DNA of 64,000 nt. Source: Chiloscyllium plagiosum (taxonomy: Eukaryota). The position numbers were made by a program, and so were the translations under genes. How positions within the stretch are numbered: position 1 is the stretch's first letter; each line of letters begins with the position of its first letter. Positions 26,785 through 39,300 of the stretch are shown one piece after another. The stretch covers positions 61,341,551 through 61,405,550 of the forward strand of contig NC_057719.1 in NCBI RefSeq assembly GCF_004010195.1, written 5' to 3'. The notes under the pieces are model-generated. The model searched no databases and was not told the origin of the DNA. It saw only the letters and a list, made by a program, of their open reading frames with translations.

Positions 26785-28375
26785 TTTTCTCGTCAGCCGT
26801 TACTTTGCTGTATTTTGTTGTTTGATTTTTGTTTTGCTTTTTTTTACTGGTTGGGGCCCGGTGGTATAGTGCGGAAGATACGAATACTATTTGAGGAAAT
26901 CCATTGCGGAGTTACGGTTAAGTCCAGTCCAACTGTCTGGCTCCGGGATTACCAGCCATCAGAGAGAAGTGAGAAGCGCTGTGTGCAGAGCTGGACTCAG
27001 GGCCAACCAGGATGCCAAGAAAAGTAAAAAGAGCCTTGGCTGCACCTCAAATAATCCCAGATATATTCCATGGTATTAAAGCTGCAGGTGTGAATCCAGA
27101 AAGAGCGACTGGCACAATCACAGCACTGCACTTTTCCGGGGAGTTTCGATTTCCATCGCAAGAGAAAGTCTTAACTGCATCTCTCGATGCTGTTTCGCTG
27201 CCCGTCTTTCGCTCGCTCTCTTTCCCAGGGACACATTACTGTAACTGGCGCAACTACGCCACTCAGTTGCTGTTTCATTCACTTTATGGGAATAGCTGAG
27301 ATTTAGTATATACCACCCCATATTGATGGGATCTTATCAAATGGATTTAAAGGCTTTTATTTGACTGTATAAAATTAAAGAGATACGTGACATTTAAAAT
27401 ACTAATCGTCTTATTTGGGGGGTGGGGGGGGGGTGGGGGGATCTCTGTAATCTCTTATTCTATAAGCCCCATTCAGTCTGGAAATGTCACCTAAGCCTCT
27501 TGGCATACGTCCTAATGATTATTGCTCGGCTCCAAAGGAACTTAGTTACTGGCATGTAATCGTTATCATTACTTAGACCTGTATTTCCTCTTCTCAGTAA
27601 TTCACAAAAACAAAGGAAAACAATCGTTTAAATTGGAGATAACAACGACTGCTCTTTCTGCAAAATATTTATCTAAAAAGATATTCTGCGGCAGGTTTGG
27701 GTAACTTGTTTAGTCGCCAGGCTGGTATTCCAATTGCTATAAATCTATGTGTAAAATTCTATAATGTCTTCCGTATTAATGCATAACGTTAGTTACTCGA
27801 ATAAAAATAAAGGCCGGAATCTTTTGGTTTTTATCCAATATGCCGGGTCATTTTAAGATGCGTTTTTAATCGAATGCCGTTTTCAACGACGTAACAGCTG
27901 TTAACGTTAAAATGTAATTTCACAGATTCAACATTTGTGCAGAAAAATATTACGGAAAACAACTATACCTCACATTCAAAGATGGAAGTAACAGGTTATT
28001 CATCAGAAAATACGTAAATCGGTGATGAGTTTGGAAAATAACAGGCCCTGATTTGAAAAATGCTTTGTGATTTGTTGTATAATTTTATGTATGTTTCGAT
28101 CATGGGACTTAACAAGGTTAAGTCGAATCTGTTGCAACACGATGCACTGACTGTAGTAATGAAAGAGTAGCTGATCTATGCATTGGTGGCAGTGCAATGC
28201 ACAACCCAAATTACACCGTAATATGGAGATTTAGTTCAGTCAGTAAGAGTCTCCTCGCATTAACATTTACGCGAAGCAAAACTTAGACGCGAGAGGGGAA
28301 TTCGAGGATTTCTCGATCAGTGTTCCACGGTTTGTTTCGTAAAAGCAGTTTCGAAGTCCAAATAGGAAAAAAACA

Positions 28376-28437
28376 AACCAAATTGCTCACAATTACAAAA
28401 AAAACTTTGCTTTTTGTAATTTGTGAGCAATTTGGTT
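28376..28437. repeat. Inverted repeat (26-bp stem, 1-nt bulge, about 9-nt loop)
   Basis: aaccaaattgctcacaattacaaaaa ... tttttgtaatttgtgagcaatttggtt. Confidence 0.9.
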
Positions 28438-29747
28438 AGATACTAAAATAAATGAAGTCTTACTGTAATGATTGTGGTCAGTGAAATTGAACCCAATGTA
28501 CTATAATATAGGTTTCAAGGATTTTGAGGCTGGCATTTTTTTAAAAAAGGCATGTACACGTTTATTCGTGGCTAGATAGACTTATTCAACTACATCTTGT
28601 TTTATTAACCTTACAATTATATTATTTTGTTCCATACAATTACTAATTCAATTATTGTCAAAATTATTGAATGTTTTTGAAGTTTTATTTACTGTGTATC
28701 CACTGTCCAATTATAACCAAGTAACTAAATGTTGTGATATCCTTCAATTGTTCTTCAAAATATTTTTTTCAACTTCTGAAGTATGACTTTTATTTATAGA
28801 CAACATTTTATCAGCAAAATATTTAATCACGAATTTAGCTACGTCCATAGGATATAACATTCACATTCGAAACTTGTTTGCACATTCAATACCCAATATT
28901 GTTTATTTACATTTATTGCAACATTGCTATAAACAATGCTTTAATGCTAAACCCTGCGTGATTCTAGTACAGTTGCTGAGAAATATGCGTAATGTTTAGT
29001 ATAAATATTGTTAATGTCAGTCTCATAGAGCTTATTATTCATTAAAAGAACAGATTTTACAGAAATCTATTCTGACACTCCTCCCCCTCAAAAAATCACA
29101 GCACTAGTGAATGAATGTGAAACTTGCGCTTTTGTATTTAATAAGGAAATGTATTTAGATAAATTACGCGCTTGGAGATCATTGGTTTGGTGATGTAAAG
29201 TCAGTGTTATTTGGCATATTGCACATACTTGACACATTTCTCTGAACAGAATTGAACCTATTTAAATATTTACGAGGAACTGGACTTTAACTTCCGCAAC
29301 ATTTTGTCTGGTGTAGCTTTCCGAATATCTGCGATCGTTATCCCCCACTGATGCACTGAGAATATTTTCATAAACGCTTTCATTTTCCACCCCAGAACAT
29401 GTAAACCCTTCGCGTGTGATCAATGTTTCCAAAAGTGTCTACACTTGCTCCGACTGTGGATGGCAGGTCTCCAACGTACAACCCGTTTTCACCGCATGTT
29501 GGTAGTAATACTTAAAAATTAACTTTCGTGCACGGCTTAATATAGAAACATGTGACTGACAATTTGATCAAAGGTGAGTGTGCTAAAAGACAGTGATGTT
29601 TTAACCAACCCCACCACATGTCCTGGAGGTGGTTGTCAAAATTAGGGAGGGTAGAAAGTGGGAGGTGTCGGCAGCTGAAGCCTTGCGAAGTGTCTATTGA
29701 GCTAAGTGTGAAGTTATGTCGCTGGCTCGAGGTAGTAGGGCACTTAC

Positions 29748-29899
29748 CGTTGTTGGTACGATGTCAGCCCTACGTTCTGGGGTGTCCCATTAGCAGCAGC
29801 AGCAGTTCTCCCTACACCAGGTGCAGCAGTAACCGCACCACCGCCTCCACCAGTTGCTGCCGTTACTTGTACACTGAAATCCGGGAAAATCCTAATCAT
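29748..29899 (-). CDS. NPAS3: NPAS3 alternative first coding exon, distal (1a): MIRIFPDFSVQVTAATGGGGGAVTAAPGVGRTAAAANGTPQNVGLTSYQQR
   Basis: The C-terminal half matches the remembered mouse Npas3 N-terminus MGRAGAAANGTPQNVQGITSYQQR. Strong donor CG|GTAAGT, phase 2, the same phase as exon 1b. Confidence 0.88.
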
Positions 29900-30077
29900 C
29901 CCCGCGCTAGGATCACCGACGACCACCTCCAGGATTGCTTCTGACTGAGCTGCAATTTTCCCTTGAGCAGTAAATTGAACTTCAATCCCATTAGTGATAA
30001 CTTCCACGCCGTGAGGGTGGGCTGCCCTCTTTCATCTTCTTTAATTCCCGATTTAAGTGACACAGATAGCTAGGCAT
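29896..30077 (-). other. Two overlapping uORFs in the exon 1a leader
   Basis: uORF1 29991-30077 (28 aa) and uORF2 29896-29991 (31 aa), joined by TAATG and ATGA overlaps. Confidence 0.6.
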
Positions 30078-30169
30078 GGAGGTGAGGAGGACTGCAATAC
30101 CGACTCTGGAGCGGGGAATATCAGGCTGTCTAACTTGCTGCAATTTGCCCAGAGAAAGTAAAGATCAAC

Positions 30170-30780
30170 TTGCCCCTGAACCGGAACCGAGCAGCTCGCG
30201 GCGCTGGTTCGCTCTCACTGAATAGTGATTCTGGCGCGCGACGCTTCGTGACCAATCATATCGCTCACTGGGGGCCGGCGCCCGCCCAACCTGGAGGAGG
30301 GGGGTGGAGGGGAAGAGGACGCGCGCACGCTGCGACCGTTAGGTCCGGACGGTTGGAGAACCGAGCTCAAGATGTTGAAATTCGGGAGGCACGAGCCATT
30401 ATTGTGCGCAAGAACAGCAGTAGCAGCAACGCATTCACCATCGTCAGTCTTGGAAGATCATTCGTTGCTGACGAAGTGCACATGGTGCACAGATAACTGA
30501 TGCTTGCCCAATAATTTTTAACATAATTTAACGGGTTTTCTTAAATACTTATGTATGTGATTTATACACGTGTTACTGACCAGTCTAAAATATTACATTA
30601 TTTGAACGCACCGGACACCACTGAGATGCGACAACTCCGGGGTTTTCCATTGCAGTTTTTGCTGGGTGATTGCCCCAAGGGATGCTCGCCTCTGCCTGTC
30701 AATCAATGGCGCGCTCGCCGCTTGTTCCCGCACAGCCGCCACCTGTCAGAGCCGAGCTTGACTTCTCTTACATTAGAAAA
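30170..30780 (-). promoter_or_regulatory. NPAS3: CpG-island promoter of NPAS3 exon 1a
   Basis: CCAAT at 30252-30256, GC box GGGCGGG (minus) at 30281-30287, TGATTGACAG (minus) at 30696-30705, dense CGCG. Confidence 0.72.
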
Positions 30781-31840
30781 TAAACAAAACACTGTCTGAC
30801 CGTCTATAATACGGCATGGTTATATAACAAATTCGGCATTGTGTCCAATTGCGACTGGGGGTACAGAGTTTAAATAATTGGCCTGGTGCTCCGTAATAAA
30901 ACAGTATTCACAGCCGTGTGAAACAATATGTAATACACGTGTCCGGGTTGCGTGGTTGGCATTAAGTGTCCAAACTGCTCGACAACAAGATCAAAATCTC
31001 GAAAGAATGAGGAGGGCTGATCAAGGGATGAAACTATTCACTGGAGAGATACAGGGAAGGGCTACAGTCAGTACCACACGTCTCTGCTTGTGTTTCTGAA
31101 TGGTTTTATTGGAAAGTTTTTGATAATCGCTGAGACCAAATCGTAAACCTACCCCGCATGCGCTGTGCAGTACTTTTCGAGCCGCGTGCCGACAGAGGCT
31201 TTTCATGTTTTTTTAAACATCCAGATGATGTCCTTGTTTCATTTGATAAATGTTGTCTATACTAGAAGCGAACGAGCCGTAGGAAAAAGCGCATTAGACA
31301 TTTTAACTAGGAAAACTTCTAAAAATCGACTTGTCACAAACTTGTTTTAAAATATTGTTGAAAGTCACCTGAAATGCCGCAAAATCGTTTTGCGTCTGAA
31401 TTGTAAAGTGATCGAGTACACTGACGTTTATCCACGATAAAACTAATATCTGAGCAGCCGATCTCCACTTCCTCCTGTGGAAACTCCAAGGTTGGTGCCA
31501 ACGGAAAACTGTCATATTTCGTGTATTGCTGATTGAAATGTCTTGGTATGTTGTTTCTCTAAGCTAGGGGTAATTTACCTTACACGCAAAGATATATTCC
31601 ATTGTCAGGCTTTTAAAACGCACGAAATTACATTGTCAAACATTCAAAGGCAAATGCTTAAGGCAATATACGAGAGCAGTTCAATTCAAAGTAATTAATC
31701 TGCGCTAGTGTTAATTTTTCATCGCCTTTTATTTGTATGAGAATAACGACCAGTAGATATTGTCATGTATACTCATACACTGAACGTTTTACAGCACTTC
31801 TATTAAACGCTGGTGGGAACATTCAAATCTAAGTATCCAG

Positions 31841-32021
31841 GGTCGAAGAGTTGGTGAAGGGAAAGCACATCCAGTCAGGCAACATTCGAGGAGAAGAGCC
31901 GACGTTATGCTCGAAATGTCGATTTCCCTGCTCCTCGGATGCTGCCTGACCTGCTGTGCTTTACCAACACTACACTCTTCGACTCAGATCTCCAACATCT
32001 GTAGTCCTCACTTTCTCCAAG
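31841..32021. mobile_element. Penelope-derived palindromic insertion with 13-bp TSD
   Basis: tctaagtatccag at 31828-31840 and 32022-32034. Confidence 0.78.
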
Positions 32022-32699
32022 TCTAAGTATCCAGCCCAGAAGTGGTCTGTTTCAGATACTTCACTGCATCATAAGCAAATGTAGTTTGATTCCTCCAATG
32101 ATGCAACTGCAAGAAAACCAAATTGGACTTGTGCAAATAGATGACAGATCTATTGTTATCTGTCAACTCAATCCACCGTTTTGGTGTCCGTGAGTAGAGT
32201 CTGAATCATTAACACAAAATTACGTATTAGCACAGAAAAAATGCCAACCCGAGACCCCAGGCAAATGGAGAAAGCTTGGAATAACTGTTTTGCAACAGTA
32301 GATAATATCATTTTGGTTGGTTCGTGCAAGAAGAGCAAATTCATGAAACCATCTGAATAATCGATTACGGCTGATGCACATGAAGGCAAGCACACAATAA
32401 AATGGTAAAACTATATTTTGCGTATTTAAAATTGTTGCAAATTATTACGTGGTATGAACTAGATCTGAGTGTAGTTTTTCCCTCTCCGAACAGAAATAGG
32501 GATAATTATGTTCATAATAAGGGCAGCGCTGAAAATTGTCATGCACCGGTTCCTTCAAACAAGGTGTAAACGTTTCATTTTATTAAACTAATTAATTTGT
32601 ATCAGGGGTTTAGCAGCACTAAATGGTACAAAACAGCTTCTTAAAATTTTGGGAAGAAAATGTGAGTGCCGACTCGCTGGTACTACATATATATATTCC

Positions 32700-32820
32700 T
32701 GTTGAACGGTCTTTGCCCGAAACGCCGATTTTCCTACTTCTCGGATGCTGCCTGACCTGCTGTGCTTTCCCAGTCTAATCTAGATTCTGATTTCCAGCAT
32801 CTGCTGATCTCACTTTTGCC
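32700..32820 (+). mobile_element. Penelope-derived terminal-repeat fragment
   Basis: ctttgcccgaaacgccgattttcctacttctcggatgctgcctgacctgctgtgc. Confidence 0.7.
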
Positions 32821-35800
32821 TGTGTATATAGTCGGTCGCGATCAATGTCACAGTGCAGCTGGGAAGTGTTGAAATACATAGGAGTATGTGTGCCCTTTTT
32901 TATCGTAACACTTTTGAAAAACCTAACTTTGGTTCGCAAAAACATTCACTGTTATTGTTGCTAAGTGAAAAGCCGAATGGAATTATCTTCATTCCACAAT
33001 CGACTCTCTCCCTCTCCCAATCATGTTACAATCGCTCAAATCCACTCAATCCATTCTTCTGTATTCTGTTCACACTTAACAAAAATATCACTTCTCAAGT
33101 TTTCAAATTGCTATGCCCGTTAGATCAAGATACAGTTTACGTTTCAATCTTACGTCTTTATAATAATACAAATCCGTGCCTATTTATTTTTATCCGTCAA
33201 CGAAGCAAAAGTTTGCAGTGATCGCAGTCCATTGCATTCACAGACCCATTTACAATTCGTATTGTTTCGTTCGAACTAACTTCCCTTGACGGATTATTTG
33301 ACGTATACGACATCATTGCGATGTTTGGTGCAGAGAGAAAACATGGTTTACTTGTTTAAGAACACTTCTGATATAATTAATGTGAAGCAAATATGCACAT
33401 CCTGAGGCCAATTAAAGGCTAGTTTTGGGGAAGAATTCTCAGAATTGACATCTGCTTGTAAACTCCCAGTTCCTGGCCTTGACGAGAAGCCAGGTTATCA
33501 CAGTTAGAAAATTAGCTCGAAATATTTGCTTTTTTTTTACTTAATTTCGATGCTTTCAAGAGTGGTGGACGTGCGCAAAAGGATCTGAGGCGTAAATAAA
33601 ATTTTCACAAATATGAGCGATTGGTAGGAAGCCATGCCTACCGCCCATAGCAAAAAATTGTAGGGACACTTTCCAAGAAATTCTGTACTTAATTAATTGA
33701 GTAGCACACATTGAACCCATAATCAATATATGCAGCACAGTTACGATTTCCCACTAATTGCATTCATAAAATGAGCCAAACTCGCATGCGCCTTATGATT
33801 TGTAGCAGTGGTAAAAAGCATAAATTGTTGGTCACGAATAGAGTTGCATAATAAATGAAAGACAGGTTCTTACCAATTTAATCTGTAAAACAAAATTGAA
33901 TACTTGAGAATCGTTATTGAAATTCATACCATTCTTTCCTTTATCCCAATTATTTTTTGTAAATTGTTCAATGTTGTCACTGAACATGTTTGCTTATGAC
34001 ATAAATCTTGACATAAATTAGTTACTGAAGACAGTTATGTCACAAAATATGCTCAACAACAGAAATGAATGCAATTAATGCAAGGGAGTGTCCCTGCCAA
34101 CCGTTTACTACTTCATCTTCCTCACTTTGGCTGAGTCCATAAATTCCAAATCAATACTCAAGGTGTGTCATTAGCACTTATTGTGTAAATAAAATACTCA
34201 AAAAGAACATAGAATATTAATAGTTGTTTAGTATGGGCATCCATTAAAATATTCTGCTTGTTACAGTCTGAAATACAGCACATTTATTTTCCAGTTGGTT
34301 CAAGTCAGATACAACTTTCAACTCAAATTATAAAACCATAAAATTAACACTGCAGTGCATTAAGTATTCTTTTGATTCTAAATGTGAACCCTGTAAATGT
34401 TAGCATTGATGTTAGTTCCAACATTTAACAGTAGCTACACTCCTCACTGCAGTTAAACTGCTTGGAAGTTCAATACAACATTTTAATCTTGAAAATCAAA
34501 CATGAAACTATTTTGTTTTGAATATGAATCAACATTTGGTAAATATATTAAAGATTGAAACTTTTATTTAGAAGCGTGGAGTAGGCATCTTCAAAGTAGG
34601 TGTAATTTAAGCAGATGTGACTTTTGTATGTCATTTTAAAGAAAATTAAGTTGAGTATAATAACCATGTAATTATTTTGTTTTATAATTACATTAAAACT
34701 TGTTATTACAAAACTTGGAATCTCACTTCATAGATTCATCCATGTGAAAGTTGCATGATGAGAATGTGAAATTAGTCACAATCTGTTATATAATTATTGT
34801 ATGTTATTATGATGCATTGTCATTTAGAGAAATAGCAATAAATGTAAGGCAGCCACAATTTGGAAGAGTCATTTTATTGCACAAACTACATGACTGAAGC
34901 ATAGATAGTTTTTTCTGGCATCAAAATATCAATTTGTGCAAATATCTTTCACTTGGTCATGATTATTTTTGAATAATTTAATGTTACTCACATTTTTCGT
35001 TGCGATTATGAAAAATTATGAGATTATCTGGCAACTTTAAATGCCAGGTTATATTTCTGAGTTATTTCGTCCCATAATTGATCCTTGAATCATTGATTCT
35101 TCTGCTAAGTGTACAGAGTTCCTTTCAACAGGTAAAGACTAAATAAAAATGGCAGTGTGATATATAAATGCTAATGAAGTGCCAATATTGCAACATCTCA
35201 ACGTGTCTGATAAACAGAAAACACTGTTCAATAATTAAGATGGCATTATCTGTTTTGACTCGTGTTTCACTTAATAACATTGAAAATTTAAAGCTAAGCT
35301 CCCTGCTGGAGAGGAAACAACCATTATTTAACTGGGTAACCAGTTAGAACTGGTTTCTCTAACCAGCAGTGCTCTGTAGAATTTTAGTTGATATTAATAG
35401 AGGTGTTCTTAAGGAAGCAAGCATGAAGATTGAGATGTATTGTGAGCTAAGGAAACTGTAAGTGAGGACATTTGTTACAATGAGGGAGGAAGTGCTATTC
35501 TGATATTTTCCAGCAATTGAGTGTCCATAGAGAGGGGCCAGATACCAGAAGTAGAATGTGAGAGCTGGAATTCATAAGTATTAATTAGGTGAATAGGTTG
35601 ATCAATTTCATTCTTTTTCTATTTCTGTAAACAGGGGTAGTTTAAACTAGTACTGGGCTGATACAAGTATTGTGTTAACTTTATTGCTTAACTAGTTAAG
35701 CCAATTGATATAACTACAGATAATCATTGAGTGATATTTCCAAACCTATAATGTTACAAATTACTCTAAGATTTTGGGACTGGTAATGTGTATCAGCTGT

Positions 35801-36379
35801 CCCATGTTGGTGCTGGCGGGAATACCTATCTGAATCAGCAAGCTTATCTACAGTCAGTAACTTACCGGCACTATGAGTAAGCTTGAAGAGTTCTGTCTCA
35901 GAGTTAATGCACTAGAGTCAGGTTTTGAACACTGTGATGCATTGGGGAGAGAGAAAATTATCTGGACACTTCTTTTCTGGGGAGCATTCACACCCTTTTG
36001 TTCTATAATCAGGTGCAGAGACTTATGGCTGTGAATAATACAGGAATGAGGATTCAGATAGTAGCACTGAAGGACACTCAGTCCTTGTAATTGTTTAACA
36101 GGTCAGAAGTTCTTGCAGCTTGTCAATGAGAGCAGAGTATGCAGAGAGGATGAGCAGACTGATCATAGCCCATACTGTGCAAAGCAATCAAGTGGAGGAA
36201 GTCAGAATGAATGAAATGGCAGTCAGTATGGTTAGAGGAAAAAGAAACAATTCTCTTCATCTAAGAACACATTGGAGAGAATGAAAAAGAGACTTAAAAT
36301 AAATGTTTCCAGGGATGACAAACTTAAGTTATGATGAGATGTTGGAGAAGGATAAGAGTAGATTTGATTGAAGATTTCG

Positions 36380-39300
36380 AAATCCATGAGAAATAAGAAC
36401 AGGAATAGGCCATTTGGTCTCTCAAGTCTGTTCCACCATTCAGTAGGATCCTGGTTGATATTCCTGACATCCACTTTCTTGGATTTTCCCTATGGTCCTT
36501 GATGTGCGTTCAGACCATAAATCTCTCAATCTCAGTTTAAATATACACAAGGACTCTGTGCCTCCCCCCACCCTAAAGGGGCAAGGAATTCCAAAGACCC
36601 ACAACCCTCTCTGAGAAGATGCCTACTTATCTCTGCCTTAAATTTGTAACTCTTTATCTGAGACTATAACCTCTGATCCTAGACTTTCCCATGAGGCAAA
36701 ACAACCTGTCAGTATTTACCCTGTCAAGACCCTTAAAAATCCTATATATTTCAATGAGATTACCACCTCATTCTTCTAAATTCCAGTGGGTAGAGTCTCA
36801 ATATGTTTAGCCTTTGCTCGAGACAATCTCCCCATATCAGGGATCACCCTAGTAAACCATCTCTGAACTGCTTCCAATTAAATTATATCTTTTTGTTAAA
36901 TAAGGGGACCAAAACTGTTCACAGTATTCCAAAATGTGGTCTCAGCAGCATCTTGTACAACTGCAGTAAGTCATCCCTACTCTTACAATCCAAGCCCCTT
37001 GAAAGAAGGGCCAAAATTCCATTAGCCTTTCTGATTTCCTGCTTTCTGTGTTTCCTACACGAGTACAACCAAACACCTTTGTTGCAGCTTTCTGTGTTTT
37101 TCTCTATTTAAAAACAGACTGGAAGCCTGTGACCAGTGGAGTGCCACAAGGGCCGGTGCGGAGTCATCTTCTTTTTGTCACTTACATAAATGATTTTGAT
37201 GCGAGCATAAGAGGAACAGTTAATAAGTTTGCAGATGACACCAAAATTGGAGGTGTAGTGGACAGCGAAGAGGGTTACCTCTGATTACAACAGGATCTTG
37301 ACCAGTTGGGCCAATGGGCTGAGAAGTACCAGATGGAGTTTAATTCAGATAAATGTGAGTTGCTGCATTTTGGGAAAGCAAATCTTAGCAGGACTTATAC
37401 ACTTAATGGTAAGGTCCTAGGGAGCGTTGCTGAACAAAACGACCTTGGAGTGCAGGTTCATAGCTCCTTGAAAGTGGAGTCGCAGGTAGAGAGGATAGTG
37501 AAGAAGGCATTTGGTATGCTTTCCTTTATTGGTCAGAGTATTGAGTGCAGGAGTTGGGAGGCCATGTTGTGGCTGTACAGAACATTGGTTAGGTCACTGT
37601 TGGAATATTGCTTGCAGAGATTTACAAAATTATGAGGAGCATGGATAGGGTAAATAGGCAAAGTCTTTTCCCTGGGGTCGGGGAGTCCAGAACTAGAGGG
37701 CACAGGATTAGGGTGAGAGGCGAAAGATAAAAAGAAACCTAAGGGGCAACTTTTTCACATAGAGGGTAGTACCTGTATGGAATGAGCTGCCAGAGGAAGT
37801 GGTGGAGGCTGGTACAATTGCAACATTTAAGAGGCATTTGGATAGGTATATGAATAGGATGGGTTTGGAGGGATATGGGCCGGGTGCTGACAGGTGGGAC
37901 TAGATTGGGTTGGGATATCTGCTCAGTGTGGACGGATTTGACCGAAGGGTCTGTTTCCATGTTCAGAAAAGATTTATAAGGATGTTGCCAGGGTTGGAGG
38001 ATTTGAGCTATAGGGAGAGGCAGAGCAGGCTGGGGCTGTTTTCCCTGGAGCATCGGAGTCTGAAGGGTGACCTTATAGAGATTTACAAAATTATGAGGAG
38101 CATGGATAGGGTAAATAGGCAAAGTCTTTTCCCTGGGGTCGGGGAGTCCAGAACTAGAGGGCACAGGATTAGGGTGAGAGGCGAAAGATAAAAAGAAACC
38201 TAAGGGGCAACTTTTTCACATAGAGGGTAGTACCTGTATGGAATGAGCTGCCAGAGGAAGTGGTGGAGGCTGGTACAATTGCAACATTTAAGAGGCATTT
38301 GGATAGGTATATGAATAGGATGGGTTTGGAGGGATATGGGCCGGGTGCTGGCAGGTGGGACTAGATTGGGTTGGGATATCTGCTCAGTGTGGACGGATTG
38401 GACCGAAGGGTCTGTTTCCATGTTCAGAAAAGATTTATAAGGATGTTGCCAGGGTTGGAGGATTTGAGCTATAGGGAGAGGCTGAACAGGCTGGGGCTGT
38501 TTTCCCTGGAGCATCGGAGTCCAAGGCGTGACCTTATAGAGATTTACAAAATTATGAGGGGCATGGATAGGGTAAATAGGCAAAGTCTTTTCCCTGAGGT
38601 CGGGAAGTCCAGAACTAGAGGGCATAGGTTTAGGTTGAGAGGTGAAAGATATAAAAGAGACCTATGGGGCAACGTTTTCATGCAGAGATAGTACGTGTAT
38701 GGAATGAGCTGCCAGAGGAAGTCGTGGAGGCTGGTACAATTGCAACATTTAAGAGGATGGGTTTGGAGGGATATGGGCCGTGTGCTGGCAGGTGGGACTA
38801 GATTGGGTTGGGATATCTACTCGGCTTGGACGGGTTCAATCAAAGGGTCTGTTTCCATGCTGTACATCTCTATGACTCTATGACTTCTGTTTTCATTCCA
38901 AAAAGAACAATTTCACATTTTCCCATATTATACTCAATTTGCGAACTCTTTATTCACTTACTTAACCTATCAATAGCTCTACATAAACTATCTGTATCCC
39001 TCTCACAACCTGCTTTTCCACCTAACTTAGTGTCATCTGCAAATTTGGCTATAGTACATCCACTTTCTTCCTCCAAGTCTTTGATACAAATATATTGTAA
39101 ACAGTTCTGGTCGCAGCACTTCTCCCTAAGGAAACCTAGTCACAGGTCACCATCCTAAAAAATAACCCATTTTGCCCATGAGCCAAATGTCTATTCATGC
39201 CAATATACCACTTCAAACACTGTTGGCACTTGTATTCTGACTTAACCTTTTGTGTGAGGTACCATGTTGAATGCCTTCTGGAAATCCAAATGTAACACAT

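Larger units (their letters stand above)
26330..27300 (-). promoter_or_regulatory. NPAS3: CpG-rich proximal promoter/first-exon region of NPAS3
   Basis: High CpG density relative to the CpG-depleted flanks; surrounds exon 1b. Confidence 0.7.

Noticed and set aside
27416..27440. G-tract as a promoter G-quadruplex
   Set aside because: Simple low-complexity G run; nothing in the sequence supports function.
29900..30007. GTG-initiated N-terminal extension of NPAS3 exon 1a (MEVITNG...)
   Set aside because: An ORF-caller start with no recognisable homology; the ATG at 29899 is sufficient.
29618..30496. Plus-strand ORFs of 108 aa as an antisense gene
   Set aside because: Expected by-product of GC-rich sequence and the opposite-strand exon; no recognisable protein features.
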